Notes: a model not told the origin generated them from the letters alone. A stretch of 64,000 bases of DNA from Candidatus Latescibacterota bacterium (GCA_022823725.1 JAJEHL010000011.1:73107-137106), one strand, 5' to 3'. Positions 44,705-55,030 are shown, counted from the stretch's first letter. Numbers and translations: made by a program.

Positions 44705-45151
44705 CTATCCTTCGGACGCGCGCGCCTCTTTGTCAATCGCGCCAAAGAGTTGCCGCGTCATCAAACGGGCTGCACTGGCATGCATGCGCTGTCCCACAGC
44801 AGCGATTGGCCCGCCGATTTGCACATCGCCCTCAAACGTAATCTGCGTATGCTCGCCTTCAGGGGCAAGTTCCACAACGCCCTGCCCCTTGACAAACCCG
44901 GTCGTGCCCTTGATATCGACCACCATCGTATAGCGCTCGGGCGGTTGAATATCTGAAAGGGTGACACGACCCGTGTATTTGCCGCGAACGGGACCAATCC
45001 CCGCTGAAACAGCCATATCGTAAACCCCATCATCCCGGTGTTCCAACTTATCACAGCCCGGCATACAACGAGCGAGCACCTCGGGATCGATAAGCAATTC
45101 AAAAGTGCGTTCAACCGTCGCGCCAATAGTGTGTGTACCAGAAAGTTTCAA
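44705..45151 (-). CDS. coxG: CoxG-like SRPBCC protein (carbon monoxide dehydrogenase subunit G family)
   Basis: 148 aa, MKLSGTHTIGATVERTFELLIDPEVLARCMPGC... Lies downstream of the coxSLM-like genes. Confidence 0.65.
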   Translation of the reverse strand: MKLSGTHTIGATVERTFELLIDPEVLARCMPGCDKLEHRDDGVYDMAVSAGIGPVRGKYTGRVTLSDIQPPERYTMVVDIKGTTGFVKGQGVVELAPEGEHTQITFEGDVQIGGPIAAVGQRMHASAARLMTRQLFGAIDKEARASEG

Positions 45152-45205
45152 AACACCTCCTAAAAAAACACAGCTCCCTTCCCAAAAGAGAAGAGAGCCG
45201 TAAAA

Positions 45206-46063
45206 TCAAGCTGCGCGATCAATTGCCTGGCTCAATGCCCGTTGTGTAAACACGCGCGCCAAATGGGCGCGGTAATCGCCAGAAGCGTGGTGATCTTCCT
45301 GAAATTCTTCCACACCATCAGCCGCATGGGCCGCCGCATCGGCAACAGCGTCAATACCCTGTCCCACAAGCGCGTCTTCGACCGCATGTGCGCGGTACGC
45401 CGCAGGCGCAACACCGGTAACACCCACAGCCACAGAAGCGCAATTGCCCGCATCATCCAAAGTGACCTGAGCCGCAACGCCTGCAAGGGCAAAACCGGAT
45501 GCAGATTGTCGCATCTTGACATAAGCACCACCCGAATTCTCGGGCGGCGTGGCAATGCGAATACCAGTAAGAACCTCGCCGGGTTGCAAATCCGTAATAA
45601 AAAGATCCACAAAAAAATCTGACGCAGCAACCGCGCGTTCACCATCTGGCCCGGCAATATCGAATTGTGCATCGAGGGCGAGCATCGTCGCAGGCCAATC
45701 CGCAGCCGGGTCGGCATGGGCAATACTCCCGCCCACAGTGCCTCGATTCCGCACCTGCGCATCGCCAATCTCCGCTGCGGTCTCGGGCAAAAGTGAACAT
45801 TTTGAAGGCAATAAGCGATGGCTTTCCACAGCATAATGCGTGGCCAGCGCACCAATGGTAATGGTCTCATTGCCCGCCGTCACTCTCTTTAAGCCAGCAA
45901 CACCGCCCAGGTCAATAACGACCGAAGGCGCGGCAAGACGCAATTTCATAGACGGAATCAGACTGTGACCGCCCGCCAGTACTTTGGCATCGTCGCCGAA
46001 CTCTTGCACCAGCCGCATCGCGCTTCTCAAAGTTTTGGGTGCGTGGTAATCAAAGGGGGTCAT
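45206..46063 (-). CDS. coxM: FAD-binding subunit of an xanthine dehydrogenase-family Mo hydroxylase (CoxM-like)
   Basis: ...AGGHSLIPSMKLRLAAP... FAD-binding PCMH signature. Confidence 0.8.
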   Translation of the reverse strand: MTPFDYHAPKTLRSAMRLVQEFGDDAKVLAGGHSLIPSMKLRLAAPSVVIDLGGVAGLKRVTAGNETITIGALATHYAVESHRLLPSKCSLLPETAAEIGDAQVRNRGTVGGSIAHADPAADWPATMLALDAQFDIAGPDGERAVAASDFFVDLFITDLQPGEVLTGIRIATPPENSGGAYVKMRQSASGFALAGVAAQVTLDDAGNCASVAVGVTGVAPAAYRAHAVEDALVGQGIDAVADAAAHAADGVEEFQEDHHASGDYRAHLARVFTQRALSQAIDRAA

Positions 46064-46066
46064 TGT

Positions 46067-48400
46067 TCAGGTCTCCTGCATGAGTTTCCAGAGTTTTTCA
46101 GGACGCAAAGGCAAATCGATATGCCGCACGCCAAAAGGTTTCAGCGCGTCAATCACCGCATTGGCTATCGCGGGCGTAGAACCAATCGTACCCGCTTCGC
46201 CCACACCTTTGACACCCATCGGATTAACGGGCGAAGGCGTAACCGTATTTGCCAGTTCAAAGCGCGGAAAATTGTGCGCTTTGGGCAAGGCATAATCCAT
46301 AAATGAACCAGTGATCATCTGCCCGCTTTCATCGTAAATAGCTTCCTCGTAAAGGGCCTGTCCCACACCCTGCGCAATACCGCCGTGTACCTGGCCCTCA
46401 ACAATCAACGGATTGATAATATTCCCACAATCGTCAACGGCAATATAGCGTTGTATCTCGACCTCGCCCGTATCGGCATCGACCTCGACCACGGCGATAT
46501 GCGTGCCAAAGGGATAGGTAAAATTGGGCGGTTCAAAAAAGTGCGATTCGGCCAAACCGGGTTCTGTGCCCTCGGGGAGTTCCACCCCCACATGAGCCAC
46601 CATCGCAATCTCGCCCAAAGTAAGACCCGACTCGGGCGCACCCCGAACGCAGTATTTGTCGTCTTCAATCACAATATCCTGCGGATTGCTCTCCAGCAGA
46701 TGCGCGGCAATATTGATCACTTTATCTTTCACCTTGCCCATCGCATGCACCATCGCCGTACCACCCACAGCCGTCGCGCGGCTACCAAATGTACCAATAC
46801 CGTATTGCACCGTATCAGTATCGCCGTGGATAATGCGAATATCGTCAATATCAACCCCCAAACCATCGGCAATAAGCTGGGCAAATGTGGTCTCCTGCCC
46901 CTGTCCGTGAGGCGATACACCCGTGAGCACGGTTACCTTACCCGTGGGATCTACGCGCACAGTACTGCTTTCCCATCCGCCAGCGGGCATCGCAGCAGAA
47001 GGACCCATCCCACAAATCTCCACATAAGTGGAAAATCCAATACCGAGATATCGGCCCTCTTCTCGCAATTCGGCCTGCTGCTCGCGCAAAGCGTCGTAAT
47101 CGGCAATCTTGAGTGCCTTGTCGAGCGCCGCCGTATAGTCGCCACTATCATAAGCCACAGCAGTCCCCGTTTCATAGGGAAAAGCATCTTTGCCGATAAA
47201 GTTTTTGCGCCGCACCTCCAGAGGATCCAGATCCAGATCGTGCGCCACCACATCGATCATGCGTTCGATGAGATACGTGGCCTCTGGACGCCCCGCACCT
47301 CGATAGGCATCCGTCGCCATCTTATTCGTAAAAGCCGCTTTGAGATTCATCTGCACATTTTTAAACGTGTAAGAACCGCACAACATCAATCCCGTAAGCG
47401 TGGGAATGGCCGGTGTGAGCAACTGATAATAAGCTCCCACATCAGCCGAAACCGTGTATCTGAGACCCAGGATCGTACCGTCGTCTTTCACCGCGAGTTC
47501 GACATCCCCTGTCTGATCGCGTCCGTGAATCGTGTGCAAAAAGTTCTCACGCCGCCCTTCAATCCACTTCACGGGTTGCCCCAGATATTTCGCCATATGC
47601 CCCAGCAGAGCTTCCTCGGCATACACATTGAGCTTGCAACCAAAACCACCGCCCACTTCGGGCGCAATAACGCGCACATGATTTTCGGCCATACTGAGCA
47701 TAACGGATATTTGCGTGCGCAAAAGATGGGGAATTTGCGTGGAAGACCACAAGTTGAGCTGATCTTTGCCGGGCAAATATTGGGCAACCACACCGCGCGT
47801 CTCCATCGGATTGGGAACCAGACGCTGATGGTCAATTCGCTGGCTAACGACATGATCGGCCTCGGCAAAAGCCGCATCCACATCGCCCCCGGCAATACTC
47901 CAGGTAAAAGCCATATTATCGTCCCAATCTTCGTGAATAATAGGCGCGCCATCGGCAAAAGCCGCCTCAGCCGAATTGATGGCATCGAGAGGTTCGTAAT
48001 CGACCTCAATCAAATCCAGTGCATCCTGAGCAATATACGCATCGGTCGCTGCAACAGCGGCGACGGGTTCACCGACAAAACGCACCTTTCCCGTAGCGAG
48101 CACGGGATGGTGGGGCACCTTAATACCCGGAAATCCCTCCGGATCTGTAGCCGCACAGGGAATCCCACCAATGACGTCTTTAACATCATCGCCAGTGACA
48201 ACAGACTTGACGCCGGATAAATTTTGAGCCGCATCGGTATTAATACCATTGATGCGCGCATGGGCATAAGGGCTTCGCAAAATCGCGACATGTAACAAAT
48301 TGGGCAACTTAATGTCATCGACATAATGTGCAAGGCCCTGAATCAGTCGAGGGTCTTCTCGGCGCTTAATACGGGCGCCAACAGATTTGCTAACAGGCAT
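46067..48400 (-). CDS. coxL: molybdopterin-binding large subunit, form II CODH-like (AYRGAGR motif)
   Basis: 777 aa in the aldehyde oxidase / xanthine dehydrogenase a/b-hammerhead and MoCo-binding family. The active-site loop AYRGAGR at 47288-47308 (GCC TAT CGA GGT GCG GGG CGT on the minus strand) is the form II motif rather than form I AYxCSFR. Confidence 0.85.
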   Translation of the reverse strand: MPVSKSVGARIKRREDPRLIQGLAHYVDDIKLPNLLHVAILRSPYAHARINGINTDAAQNLSGVKSVVTGDDVKDVIGGIPCAATDPEGFPGIKVPHHPVLATGKVRFVGEPVAAVAATDAYIAQDALDLIEVDYEPLDAINSAEAAFADGAPIIHEDWDDNMAFTWSIAGGDVDAAFAEADHVVSQRIDHQRLVPNPMETRGVVAQYLPGKDQLNLWSSTQIPHLLRTQISVMLSMAENHVRVIAPEVGGGFGCKLNVYAEEALLGHMAKYLGQPVKWIEGRRENFLHTIHGRDQTGDVELAVKDDGTILGLRYTVSADVGAYYQLLTPAIPTLTGLMLCGSYTFKNVQMNLKAAFTNKMATDAYRGAGRPEATYLIERMIDVVAHDLDLDPLEVRRKNFIGKDAFPYETGTAVAYDSGDYTAALDKALKIADYDALREQQAELREEGRYLGIGFSTYVEICGMGPSAAMPAGGWESSTVRVDPTGKVTVLTGVSPHGQGQETTFAQLIADGLGVDIDDIRIIHGDTDTVQYGIGTFGSRATAVGGTAMVHAMGKVKDKVINIAAHLLESNPQDIVIEDDKYCVRGAPESGLTLGEIAMVAHVGVELPEGTEPGLAESHFFEPPNFTYPFGTHIAVVEVDADTGEVEIQRYIAVDDCGNIINPLIVEGQVHGGIAQGVGQALYEEAIYDESGQMITGSFMDYALPKAHNFPRFELANTVTPSPVNPMGVKGVGEAGTIGSTPAIANAVIDALKPFGVRHIDLPLRPEKLWKLMQET

Positions 48401-48410
48401 GGGGCGCCTC

Positions 48411-48875
48411 CTATCTGGTCATTTTTTTCGATGCGTATTGAACCGCATCGACAATGTGTTGATACCCTGTACAGCGGCACAAATTGCCTTCTATACCGCG
48501 TCGAATATCGGCTTCATTGGGTTTGGGATTGCGTTCTAAAAGCTGGTGCGCGGCAATAATCATGCCCGGGGTGCAAAAACCGCACTGCAATCCATGGCAT
48601 TCCCAGAAGCCCTCCTGAATAGGGTGCAATTCACCATTTTGGGCAAGGCCCTCAATGGTAGTAATTTCAGCACCATCGGCTTGCACTGCCAAAACCGTAC
48701 ACGATTTGACAGCATCTCCATTGAGCATCACACTGCACGCGCCACAAAGGCTGGTCTCGCAGCCCACATGCGTGCCAGTAAGCCCGACGACCTCGCGCAA
48801 AAAATGCACGAGCAACATCCGAGGTTCCACGTCGTAGCTTTGATGCTCCCCGTTCACAGTGACTTCAATTTTCAC
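48411..48875 (-). CDS. coxS: (2Fe-2S)-binding small subunit (CoxS-like)
   Basis: The GTG at 48873-48875 is preceded by an AAGGAGG RBS ([10 protein letters not shown]...). The cysteine pattern C-x4-C-x2-C...C for two [2Fe-2S] clusters is present ([12 protein letters not shown]..., CGFCTPG). Confidence 0.8.
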   Translation of the reverse strand: MKIEVTVNGEHQSYDVEPRMLLVHFLREVVGLTGTHVGCETSLCGACSVMLNGDAVKSCTVLAVQADGAEITTIEGLAQNGELHPIQEGFWECHGLQCGFCTPGMIIAAHQLLERNPKPNEADIRRGIEGNLCRCTGYQHIVDAVQYASKKMTR

Positions 48876-49016
48876 GCAAGCCTCCTTTGAAAAGGGGGGA
48901 AGAAAAAATAGACTTACACTCTGTCGCAAGATATAGCGCATGAGAACGCCATGCAAATAGTTTCTCTAAGGCACAGGTGAACCATCTTGGGATACGACCC
49001 ATTTTACACCGCGCCA

Positions 49017-50204
49017 TCACTCCATTAATTTATTTTTTTCTTTATCTAATTCTTCAAGTGCTTTGCGGGCAGATTCTTGTTTGGGCCGCCACTTGAGAGC
49101 GGTTTGAAACGCCTCGCGAGCTTCTTGGATTTTGTTTTGATGGAGATAAATTTGCCCTATCCGATAATATGCGTTACCCCTTGATCGTTTTGCATCTGAC
49201 GGTATAATTTGCAGCCACGCTTTGAAGTATTCAAGACCGCGATCAAGCCTGTCCCCAGATTCTGCTGATATGCGTCCTAAAGCGTATAATACATTCAATT
49301 TGCGCTGTTGAAATATTACTATCTTTTCAAATGATGAAATAGTTGTATCGCGCCTTATCGATAGGGAATCGGTCGTCATCTGAAGACATTGTTCTGCGGC
49401 TCGATATGCTCGGTCAAATTGTTTGAGATCAAACAAATATGTACTCAGAATGCTGAAGGCACGGCAGGAAAAAGGGTATTTTTGCACATAAGATTCGAGC
49501 AGATCAACGGCTTCTTCGCGGCGTTCTGTTCGACTGAGATGCCCGCTAAGCCATAAAACGGGTAAATGATTGGACGGAGCTTTTTCTAATGCGGTTCTAA
49601 ATTCTTGTTCGACTTTGTCCAATTCATCCTTTTTGCCGTAAATTCCAGCTTGTGCTAAATACCCCCTGATGGGATCGAGTCTCTTAATCTGATCGGCTTG
49701 ATTTTGTGCTTCTTTTTTGTTCCCTCCAATAATACCCGGTGCCCTGAGGTGATATTCCATCAAGAAAAACTGTGCCTCAATATAATCCGGGTCTAAGGCA
49801 ATGGCTTTTTCAATGGTCCTTTTTGCATTGCGAGCGTGTCCAGGTTTTCTAAAAATGCTGGCTTTTATCGCTTTTTGACCATACATTTGCGCCAGCCAAT
49901 AGTAATAATTGGCATTTTGGGGACCGAATTTAGTGGCTTTCTCAAAATGGTCAAAAGCATCATCTACCCTATTATCCCAATCATCTACTCTATTACCCCA
50001 AATTATTGCTAACCGACCCAGAAGAAAGTATATCTGGTCTTTATCGGGCGATGTTTTTAAGAGCGTTTGTAAATGCGTCTCGGCTTTCTCATAGTGTCCG
50101 GCAATAAATGCGTCGAAAACCTGGCGCAACGACGCATCGGCATTTCCCATCGTGAGCAGAATCCATAAGGTCAAAATTAGATATCTCCAACGCATCGTAC
50201 TCAA
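49017..50204 (-). CDS. secreted tetratricopeptide-repeat protein
   Basis: Signal peptide RWRYLILTLWILLTMGNADA. Multiple TPR-like A/Y/L repeats (YYYWLAQMYGQKA, YYRIGQIYLHQNKIQEAREAF). Confidence 0.6.
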   Translation of the reverse strand: MSTMRWRYLILTLWILLTMGNADASLRQVFDAFIAGHYEKAETHLQTLLKTSPDKDQIYFLLGRLAIIWGNRVDDWDNRVDDAFDHFEKATKFGPQNANYYYWLAQMYGQKAIKASIFRKPGHARNAKRTIEKAIALDPDYIEAQFFLMEYHLRAPGIIGGNKKEAQNQADQIKRLDPIRGYLAQAGIYGKKDELDKVEQEFRTALEKAPSNHLPVLWLSGHLSRTERREEAVDLLESYVQKYPFSCRAFSILSTYLFDLKQFDRAYRAAEQCLQMTTDSLSIRRDTTISSFEKIVIFQQRKLNVLYALGRISAESGDRLDRGLEYFKAWLQIIPSDAKRSRGNAYYRIGQIYLHQNKIQEAREAFQTALKWRPKQESARKALEELDKEKNKLME

Positions 50205-50246
50205 TTCCCTTCATAATTTGGTTATATTGAACAACAGGAGGCCCCA

Positions 50247-50867
50247 ATGAAAACACTTTACTACGTCGCCGACCCCATGTGTTCCTGGTGCTGGGGATTT
50301 CAGCCAGTGCTCGAAAAAGTAAAAGAAGCTATACCCGAAGAGTTATCACCCGTATATATCATGGGAGGATTGGCACGCGACACCGATGACCTCATGCCCG
50401 ACGCGATGCAGGCGCATATCCAGCGCGCCTGGCGCGAAGTAGCAGCCATAACAGGCGCGAGTTTCAACTGGGACTTTTGGGAAAAATGCAAACCGAGGCG
50501 ATGCACCTATCCATCTTGCAGGTCATTTTATGCGGCTCAAAATCAAGGGGCTGGAACAGCGATGTACGAAGCGATTCAACGCGCCTATTATCGGGAAGCA
50601 CGCAATCCATCGGATGCAGACGTCCTCGTCGCATTGGCGGGTGAAATCGGATTAGACACAGCGCGTTTTGCATGCGATCTATCCTCACCCGAAATCGAAC
50701 AAAAGATGCAAGATGGATTTAACATCAGGCGATCAATGAATGCCAACCAGTTTCCAAGCCTCGTCATAAGAAACAACGCGTCCGTCACCTTCATCACCCG
50801 GGGCTATAACGACGCGGAAAACGTGTTGACGCGCTTGCGAGCTATAATCTCTGGATTGCGGCTTTAA
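50247..50867 (+). CDS. DsbA-family thioredoxin-fold protein (2-hydroxychromene-2-carboxylate isomerase/DsbA-like)
   Basis: MKTLYYVADPMCSWCWGF with a CSWC CxxC motif. The last ~8 codons (...IISGLRL*) are encoded by a REP-like unit. Confidence 0.7.
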   Translation: MKTLYYVADPMCSWCWGFQPVLEKVKEAIPEELSPVYIMGGLARDTDDLMPDAMQAHIQRAWREVAAITGASFNWDFWEKCKPRRCTYPSCRSFYAAQNQGAGTAMYEAIQRAYYREARNPSDADVLVALAGEIGLDTARFACDLSSPEIEQKMQDGFNIRRSMNANQFPSLVIRNNASVTFITRGYNDAENVLTRLRAIISGLRL

Positions 50868-50930
50868 GCACGCCGCAATGACAAACCAAAACCTGCTGGA
50901 TCGCGGCTCAACATCATGCCACGATGACGG
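50848..50930. repeat. REP-like hairpin array (2 units)
   Basis: CTGGATTGCGGCTTTAAGCACGCCGCAATGAC...CTGGATCGCGGCTCAACATCATGCCACGATGACGG. Confidence 0.65.
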
Positions 50931-50991
50931 CTCTGTTGATGGGATTGATCATGTATAAGGTTGATGAACGCTGATAGCTTGTTTTGCTAAC

Positions 50992-51597
50992 CTATTCCCA
51001 GAGCCTGCGGACATCGAGTTCAAAATTGGGCAACAGAGGATCGCCAGAAATGGTCTCTGGATCAGACAGACAAACGACTTCTTCATCTGGACGATAGACA
51101 TAAACATTCCGCTCTCTCGGATCGATAAGCCAGCCGAGTTGCGCGCCATTATCGATATATTCCTGCATCTTGTCTTTTATGGCATCAAGGCGATCCGTTC
51201 GAGAAAGTAATTCGACGACAAAATCGGGACAAATCGGAGCGAACTCCTCCTGTTCATCTTCTGAAAGCACCTCCCACCGCTCTTTCAGAATCCACGCCAG
51301 ATCGGGAGCGCGCACAGCGCCATTGGAAAGGGTAAAACCAGCGGACGAATCAAAGCCAAAACCCGTCTCATCAGACTGCATCCAATTATAAAATTGACCG
51401 ATAAGCCCAAAATTCCGCTGCCCAGATTTGCTCCCCGTTGGTGGCATAATAATTATATCTCCATCGCAATTAAGTTCCATTCTCAGATCGGGATTGGCCT
51501 GGCAAAATTCAAAAAACTCATGCCTGTCCATGCGCAATACAGACCCGAAATGAAGCGTAAGAGCATCCTGGTCTGTTTGTAATGCAACTGCACTCAT
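50992..51597 (-). CDS. Uma2-family (DUF820, restriction-endonuclease-like fold) protein
   Basis: The ATG at 51595-51597 has a GGAGG RBS (MSAVALQTDQDALTLHF...PDLAWILKERW...PDFVVELLS...). The track start at 51801 is an upstream extension across a promoter region. Confidence 0.65.
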   Translation of the reverse strand: MSAVALQTDQDALTLHFGSVLRMDRHEFFEFCQANPDLRMELNCDGDIIIMPPTGSKSGQRNFGLIGQFYNWMQSDETGFGFDSSAGFTLSNGAVRAPDLAWILKERWEVLSEDEQEEFAPICPDFVVELLSRTDRLDAIKDKMQEYIDNGAQLGWLIDPRERNVYVYRPDEEVVCLSDPETISGDPLLPNFELDVRRLWE

Positions 51598-51765
51598 GGA
51601 AAATCCTCCAAAAAAGAAAAATTTTTCGCGGTAATAAAAAATACCCACAACCCGAACATTGTGCAACCCCATAAGGACGGCGAACATCGCCTTGACATCC
51701 ATAAGAAGTTTTGAAATATTAAAGCCCAATATATCTGTAACGACAAACGAGAAGGAGAACACAAA

Positions 51766-52137
51766 ATGGCTGACCAAAACATACCGACACAAGACCAACA
51801 CAACGAATTGCTATTCATGCAACTGGTCATGATGTTTCAGGGCATGGCATTGCAAAACTTGGGCAAAGTGATGAACCCGGTAACCAACCAGATTGAACGC
51901 AACCTGGAACAGGCAAAAAACATGATAGACATCCTGGGCATGCTGGACGAAAAAACAAAAGGCAACTTAAATGACAACGAGCAAAAATTAATGGAACACG
52001 TCTTATTTGAACTGCGAATGAACTATGTGGATGAACTCAAAAAGGACGAAGCATCTGAAGAACAGGCGGAGGATCAGGCAGAAGAGCAGGCACCAGATAA
52101 TAATGCGAATACAGAGGTGAAGGAAGACAGCAAATAA
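51766..52137 (+). CDS. DUF1844-domain protein
   Basis: ...FMQLVMMFQGMALQNLGKVMNPVTNQIERNLEQAKNMIDILGMLDEKTKGNLNDNEQKLMEHVLFELRMNYV matches the DUF1844 pattern. Acidic C-terminal tail. GAAGGAGA RBS. Confidence 0.6.
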   Translation: MADQNIPTQDQHNELLFMQLVMMFQGMALQNLGKVMNPVTNQIERNLEQAKNMIDILGMLDEKTKGNLNDNEQKLMEHVLFELRMNYVDELKKDEASEEQAEDQAEEQAPDNNANTEVKEDSK

Positions 52138-52178
52138 TAGCTGACCTGTAGCGATCAGCACACAGGTGAAGCAGAACA

Positions 52179-52339
52179 AAAAACCTTCTGGATCGCGGCT
52201 AACATCCTGCCGCGATGACAGCATAAAGGCTAAGACAAAAGCTAAACCTCTGGATCGCGGCTTAAGCATGCCCCCCGTATAAAAACACTACGGGGCAGGC
52301 TCTGCATGATTTAAGCAGGGGACCTGCCGCGATGACGGC
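52179..52339. repeat. REP-like composite array
   Basis: Two CTGGATCGCGGCT...GCCGCGATGAC(A/G)G units. The second loop carries the GCCCCCCGTATAAAAACACTACGGGGCAGGC and CTGCATGATTTAAGCAGGGG modules. Confidence 0.65.
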
Positions 52340-52883
52340 TTTTATGTATAGTACAGGTGGAGGAAAAAAATTGAGCGCATCAAAGAAGTGGTCGGCTTGC
52401 TGCTTACTGCTCATCATGTATCTGCCGTTAAGCTGTGCTTATTACTCCACATCAGCCACGGGCAGTGGTGGCATCCGCTCCGTCGCTGTACCTCTACTCG
52501 ACAATGAAAGCCTCGAAGCCGGAATTCACCAGGCACTAACAGACAGCTTAATTCAGGGATTTGTCTCTGATGCGGCCTTGCGCGTCGTCGAAGAAGATCA
52601 AGCCGATGCCATATTGCAAGGCACCGTCCTCGAAATCAAAGAAGAACCCTTTACTTATGGCGGTCAGGCGAGTGCCGAACAATATCAAATCTCCGTCTTT
52701 GTAAAAATAGCCTTTTACGACACGCGGGAAAAACAAACCCTCTGGGAACTGGACCGCGTACGCGGTTACGGCATCTACGACGCATCGGGTCAACGCGACC
52801 TCGCCCGCACCCAGGGCATTGGCGATGCGCTGCGAATGCTCTCCAAAGACGTCGTAGATCGAACGCAAGTAGGAGGATGGTAA
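52332..52883 (+). CDS. lipoprotein, LptE-like (LPS-assembly lipoprotein?)
   Basis: Lipoprotein signal ...WSACCLLLIMYLPLSC. About 160-aa mature protein with a beta-rich pattern. The assignment to LptE is tentative. The 5' end overlaps the preceding REP unit. Confidence 0.4.
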   Translation: MTAFMYSTGGGKKLSASKKWSACCLLLIMYLPLSCAYYSTSATGSGGIRSVAVPLLDNESLEAGIHQALTDSLIQGFVSDAALRVVEEDQADAILQGTVLEIKEEPFTYGGQASAEQYQISVFVKIAFYDTREKQTLWELDRVRGYGIYDASGQRDLARTQGIGDALRMLSKDVVDRTQVGGW

Positions 52884-52886
52884 CGC

Positions 52887-53825
52887 ATGCCTGAAAACAA
52901 CATCGTGGTCGATGATTTCATGCAATTGATCGGCGGTACGCCACTGATTCGCTTAAACAACCTGGCGACATCCGACATGGCCGAAGTCGTCGTCAAAATG
53001 GAATCACTAAATCCTGCTCGCACGGTAAAAGATCGCATTGCCCTATCCATGGTCGAAGCCGCAGAACGCGACGGACACTTAAAACCGGGCATGACCATCG
53101 TCGAACCAACCAGTGGCAACACGGGCATTGGTCTGGCAATGGTCGCAACCGCGCGAGGTTATCGCCTCATATTAACCATGCCCGATTCCATGAGCCGGGA
53201 GCGACGCGACCTGCTCGAAAGCTACGGTGCCGAATTGATATTAACACCGGGCGATCTCGACATGCCCGGCGCTGTCGCAGAAGCCGAACGAATCGTAAAT
53301 GAGTCACCCGAAACAACCTTTATGCCGCAGCAATTTAACAACCCTGCCAACCCGGAAATACACCGTCAAACCACCGCCCGAGAAATTTTAGAAGCCGTTG
53401 ATGGACACCTCGACGCCTTTGTCGCAGGCGTGGGCACCGGAGGAACCATTACAGGCGTGGGCGAAGTCTTAAAAGCCGAATTAGAACACATACTCGTAGT
53501 TGCCGTCGAACCCACCAAGTCCCCGGTCCTCTCAGGCGGAGAAGCCGGATTACACGGCATTCAGGGCATCGGTGCTGGCTTCATTCCCTCAGTCCTCAAC
53601 CGCGACATCTTTGACGCGCTAATATGCGTGCGCGATGAAGACGCCATCAAAACGGCACGCAAACTGGGCCGCGAAGAAGGCATCCTCGCCGGCATATCAG
53701 CCGGGGCAAATGTATTCGCCGCCCTGCAAGTCGCCCGCGACCTCGGACCCGGGAAGCGGGTCGCAACCATAATCTGCGACTCGGGTGAGCGGTACTTCAG
53801 CGTACCTGAATTCTTACAAGCGTAG
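52887..53825 (+). CDS. cysK: cysteine synthase A (O-acetylserine sulfhydrylase)
   Basis: The PLP-lysine region ...NPARTVKDRIALSMV..., the glycine-rich PLP loop GVGTGGTITG and a TSGNTG motif are all present. Confidence 0.9.
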   Translation: MPENNIVVDDFMQLIGGTPLIRLNNLATSDMAEVVVKMESLNPARTVKDRIALSMVEAAERDGHLKPGMTIVEPTSGNTGIGLAMVATARGYRLILTMPDSMSRERRDLLESYGAELILTPGDLDMPGAVAEAERIVNESPETTFMPQQFNNPANPEIHRQTTAREILEAVDGHLDAFVAGVGTGGTITGVGEVLKAELEHILVVAVEPTKSPVLSGGEAGLHGIQGIGAGFIPSVLNRDIFDALICVRDEDAIKTARKLGREEGILAGISAGANVFAALQVARDLGPGKRVATIICDSGERYFSVPEFLQA

Positions 53826-53853
53826 AAGAACCCATTTACAACAGGAGACCTCC

Positions 53854-54891
53854 ATGAGCAATATCCCCAATTATTTGAAAAATTACGCCGACCTTTACGC
53901 CGATAACCCGCGCGCCGCCGCAGTAAAATGGTTCCGCGAGGCGCGTTACGGACTATTCTTACACTACGGGCTATACTCTCTAATAGGGCGACACGAATGG
54001 GTGCAACTGCGAGAACTCATACCCGTTGCCGAATACGCAAAACTCATGGACGACTTCACCGCTGAAAACTTCAATGCCGAGCGCATTGCACAATTTGCCG
54101 TTGACTGCGAAATGAAATACATCAACATCACCACGCGGCATCACGACTCATTCTGTCTCTTCGACACAGCCGAAACGGACTTTAACAGCACCAATGCGCC
54201 AGCGGGCCGCGATCTGATCAAAGAACTCGCCGAAGCGTGTGATCGCCACGCACTCGGCTTGTGTTTGTACTACTCCCATGGACGGGATTGGAAACATCCA
54301 CATGCCCCCAACAATGACGAATGGGGCGGACAGGCAAGACCCAAATACGACCCGCCCGAACCGAGCTATGCCACTGGCTCCGCGCACAACCTGCAAATAT
54401 ATCTCGACTTCATGCAGGCGCAAATAACCGAACTACTCACAAATTACGGACCCGTAGCCGCAATCTGGCTGGATGGAATTGCCGTTCCCAACAACGGCGA
54501 TACAGCGAAATTTAAGAGCCAGGAACTCTACGACTATATCCACAGCGTACAACCGCAAGTGCTGGTCTCCTACAAACAGGGCTTGCTGGGCACCGAAGAC
54601 TTTCAAGCCCCTGAACATCAAGCCATAGACCAGACAAACAAACCCATGGAAATCTGCACGACAATGTGTTCTGGACCCGATGGAAAAGGCGTATCCTGGG
54701 GCTATCTCGCCGAAGGGGGCCACCACAAAGAAGAAGAAGAAGTTTGGGCGGCACTGACAGCAGCGCGGGAAGGCGGTTGCAATTTATTGTTAAACACCGG
54801 ACCCCTGCCCGATGGATCACTCGACGAAAAAGATGTACCCGTACTGCTCGCAGTGGGCGAACGCATCCGCAAAGAGGGATTTCCGAAATAA
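53854..54891 (+). CDS. alpha-L-fucosidase, GH29 family
   Basis: The ATG at 53854 has a GGAGAC RBS (MSNIPNYLK...). WFREARYGLFLHYGLYS and ...YINITTRHHDSFCLFDT... GH29 signatures. No signal peptide. Confidence 0.75.
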   Translation: MSNIPNYLKNYADLYADNPRAAAVKWFREARYGLFLHYGLYSLIGRHEWVQLRELIPVAEYAKLMDDFTAENFNAERIAQFAVDCEMKYINITTRHHDSFCLFDTAETDFNSTNAPAGRDLIKELAEACDRHALGLCLYYSHGRDWKHPHAPNNDEWGGQARPKYDPPEPSYATGSAHNLQIYLDFMQAQITELLTNYGPVAAIWLDGIAVPNNGDTAKFKSQELYDYIHSVQPQVLVSYKQGLLGTEDFQAPEHQAIDQTNKPMEICTTMCSGPDGKGVSWGYLAEGGHHKEEEEVWAALTAAREGGCNLLLNTGPLPDGSLDEKDVPVLLAVGERIRKEGFPK

Positions 54892-54925
54892 AAAGCGCGA
54901 ATAGACGTCCCCCGCCCCACCACCC

Positions 54926-54968
54926 AAAACCTCTGGATTGCGGCTAACATCCTGCCGCAATGACGGCT
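54926..54968. repeat. REP-like hairpin unit
   Basis: AAAACCTCTGGATTGCGGCTAACATCCTGCCGCAATGACGG. Confidence 0.6.
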
Positions 54969-55030
54969 TTGTTGATGAACTGCTAACGCAGTTGTACCCC
55001 GTTCCGTTGATTTAAGGAGCCTGACTTATT

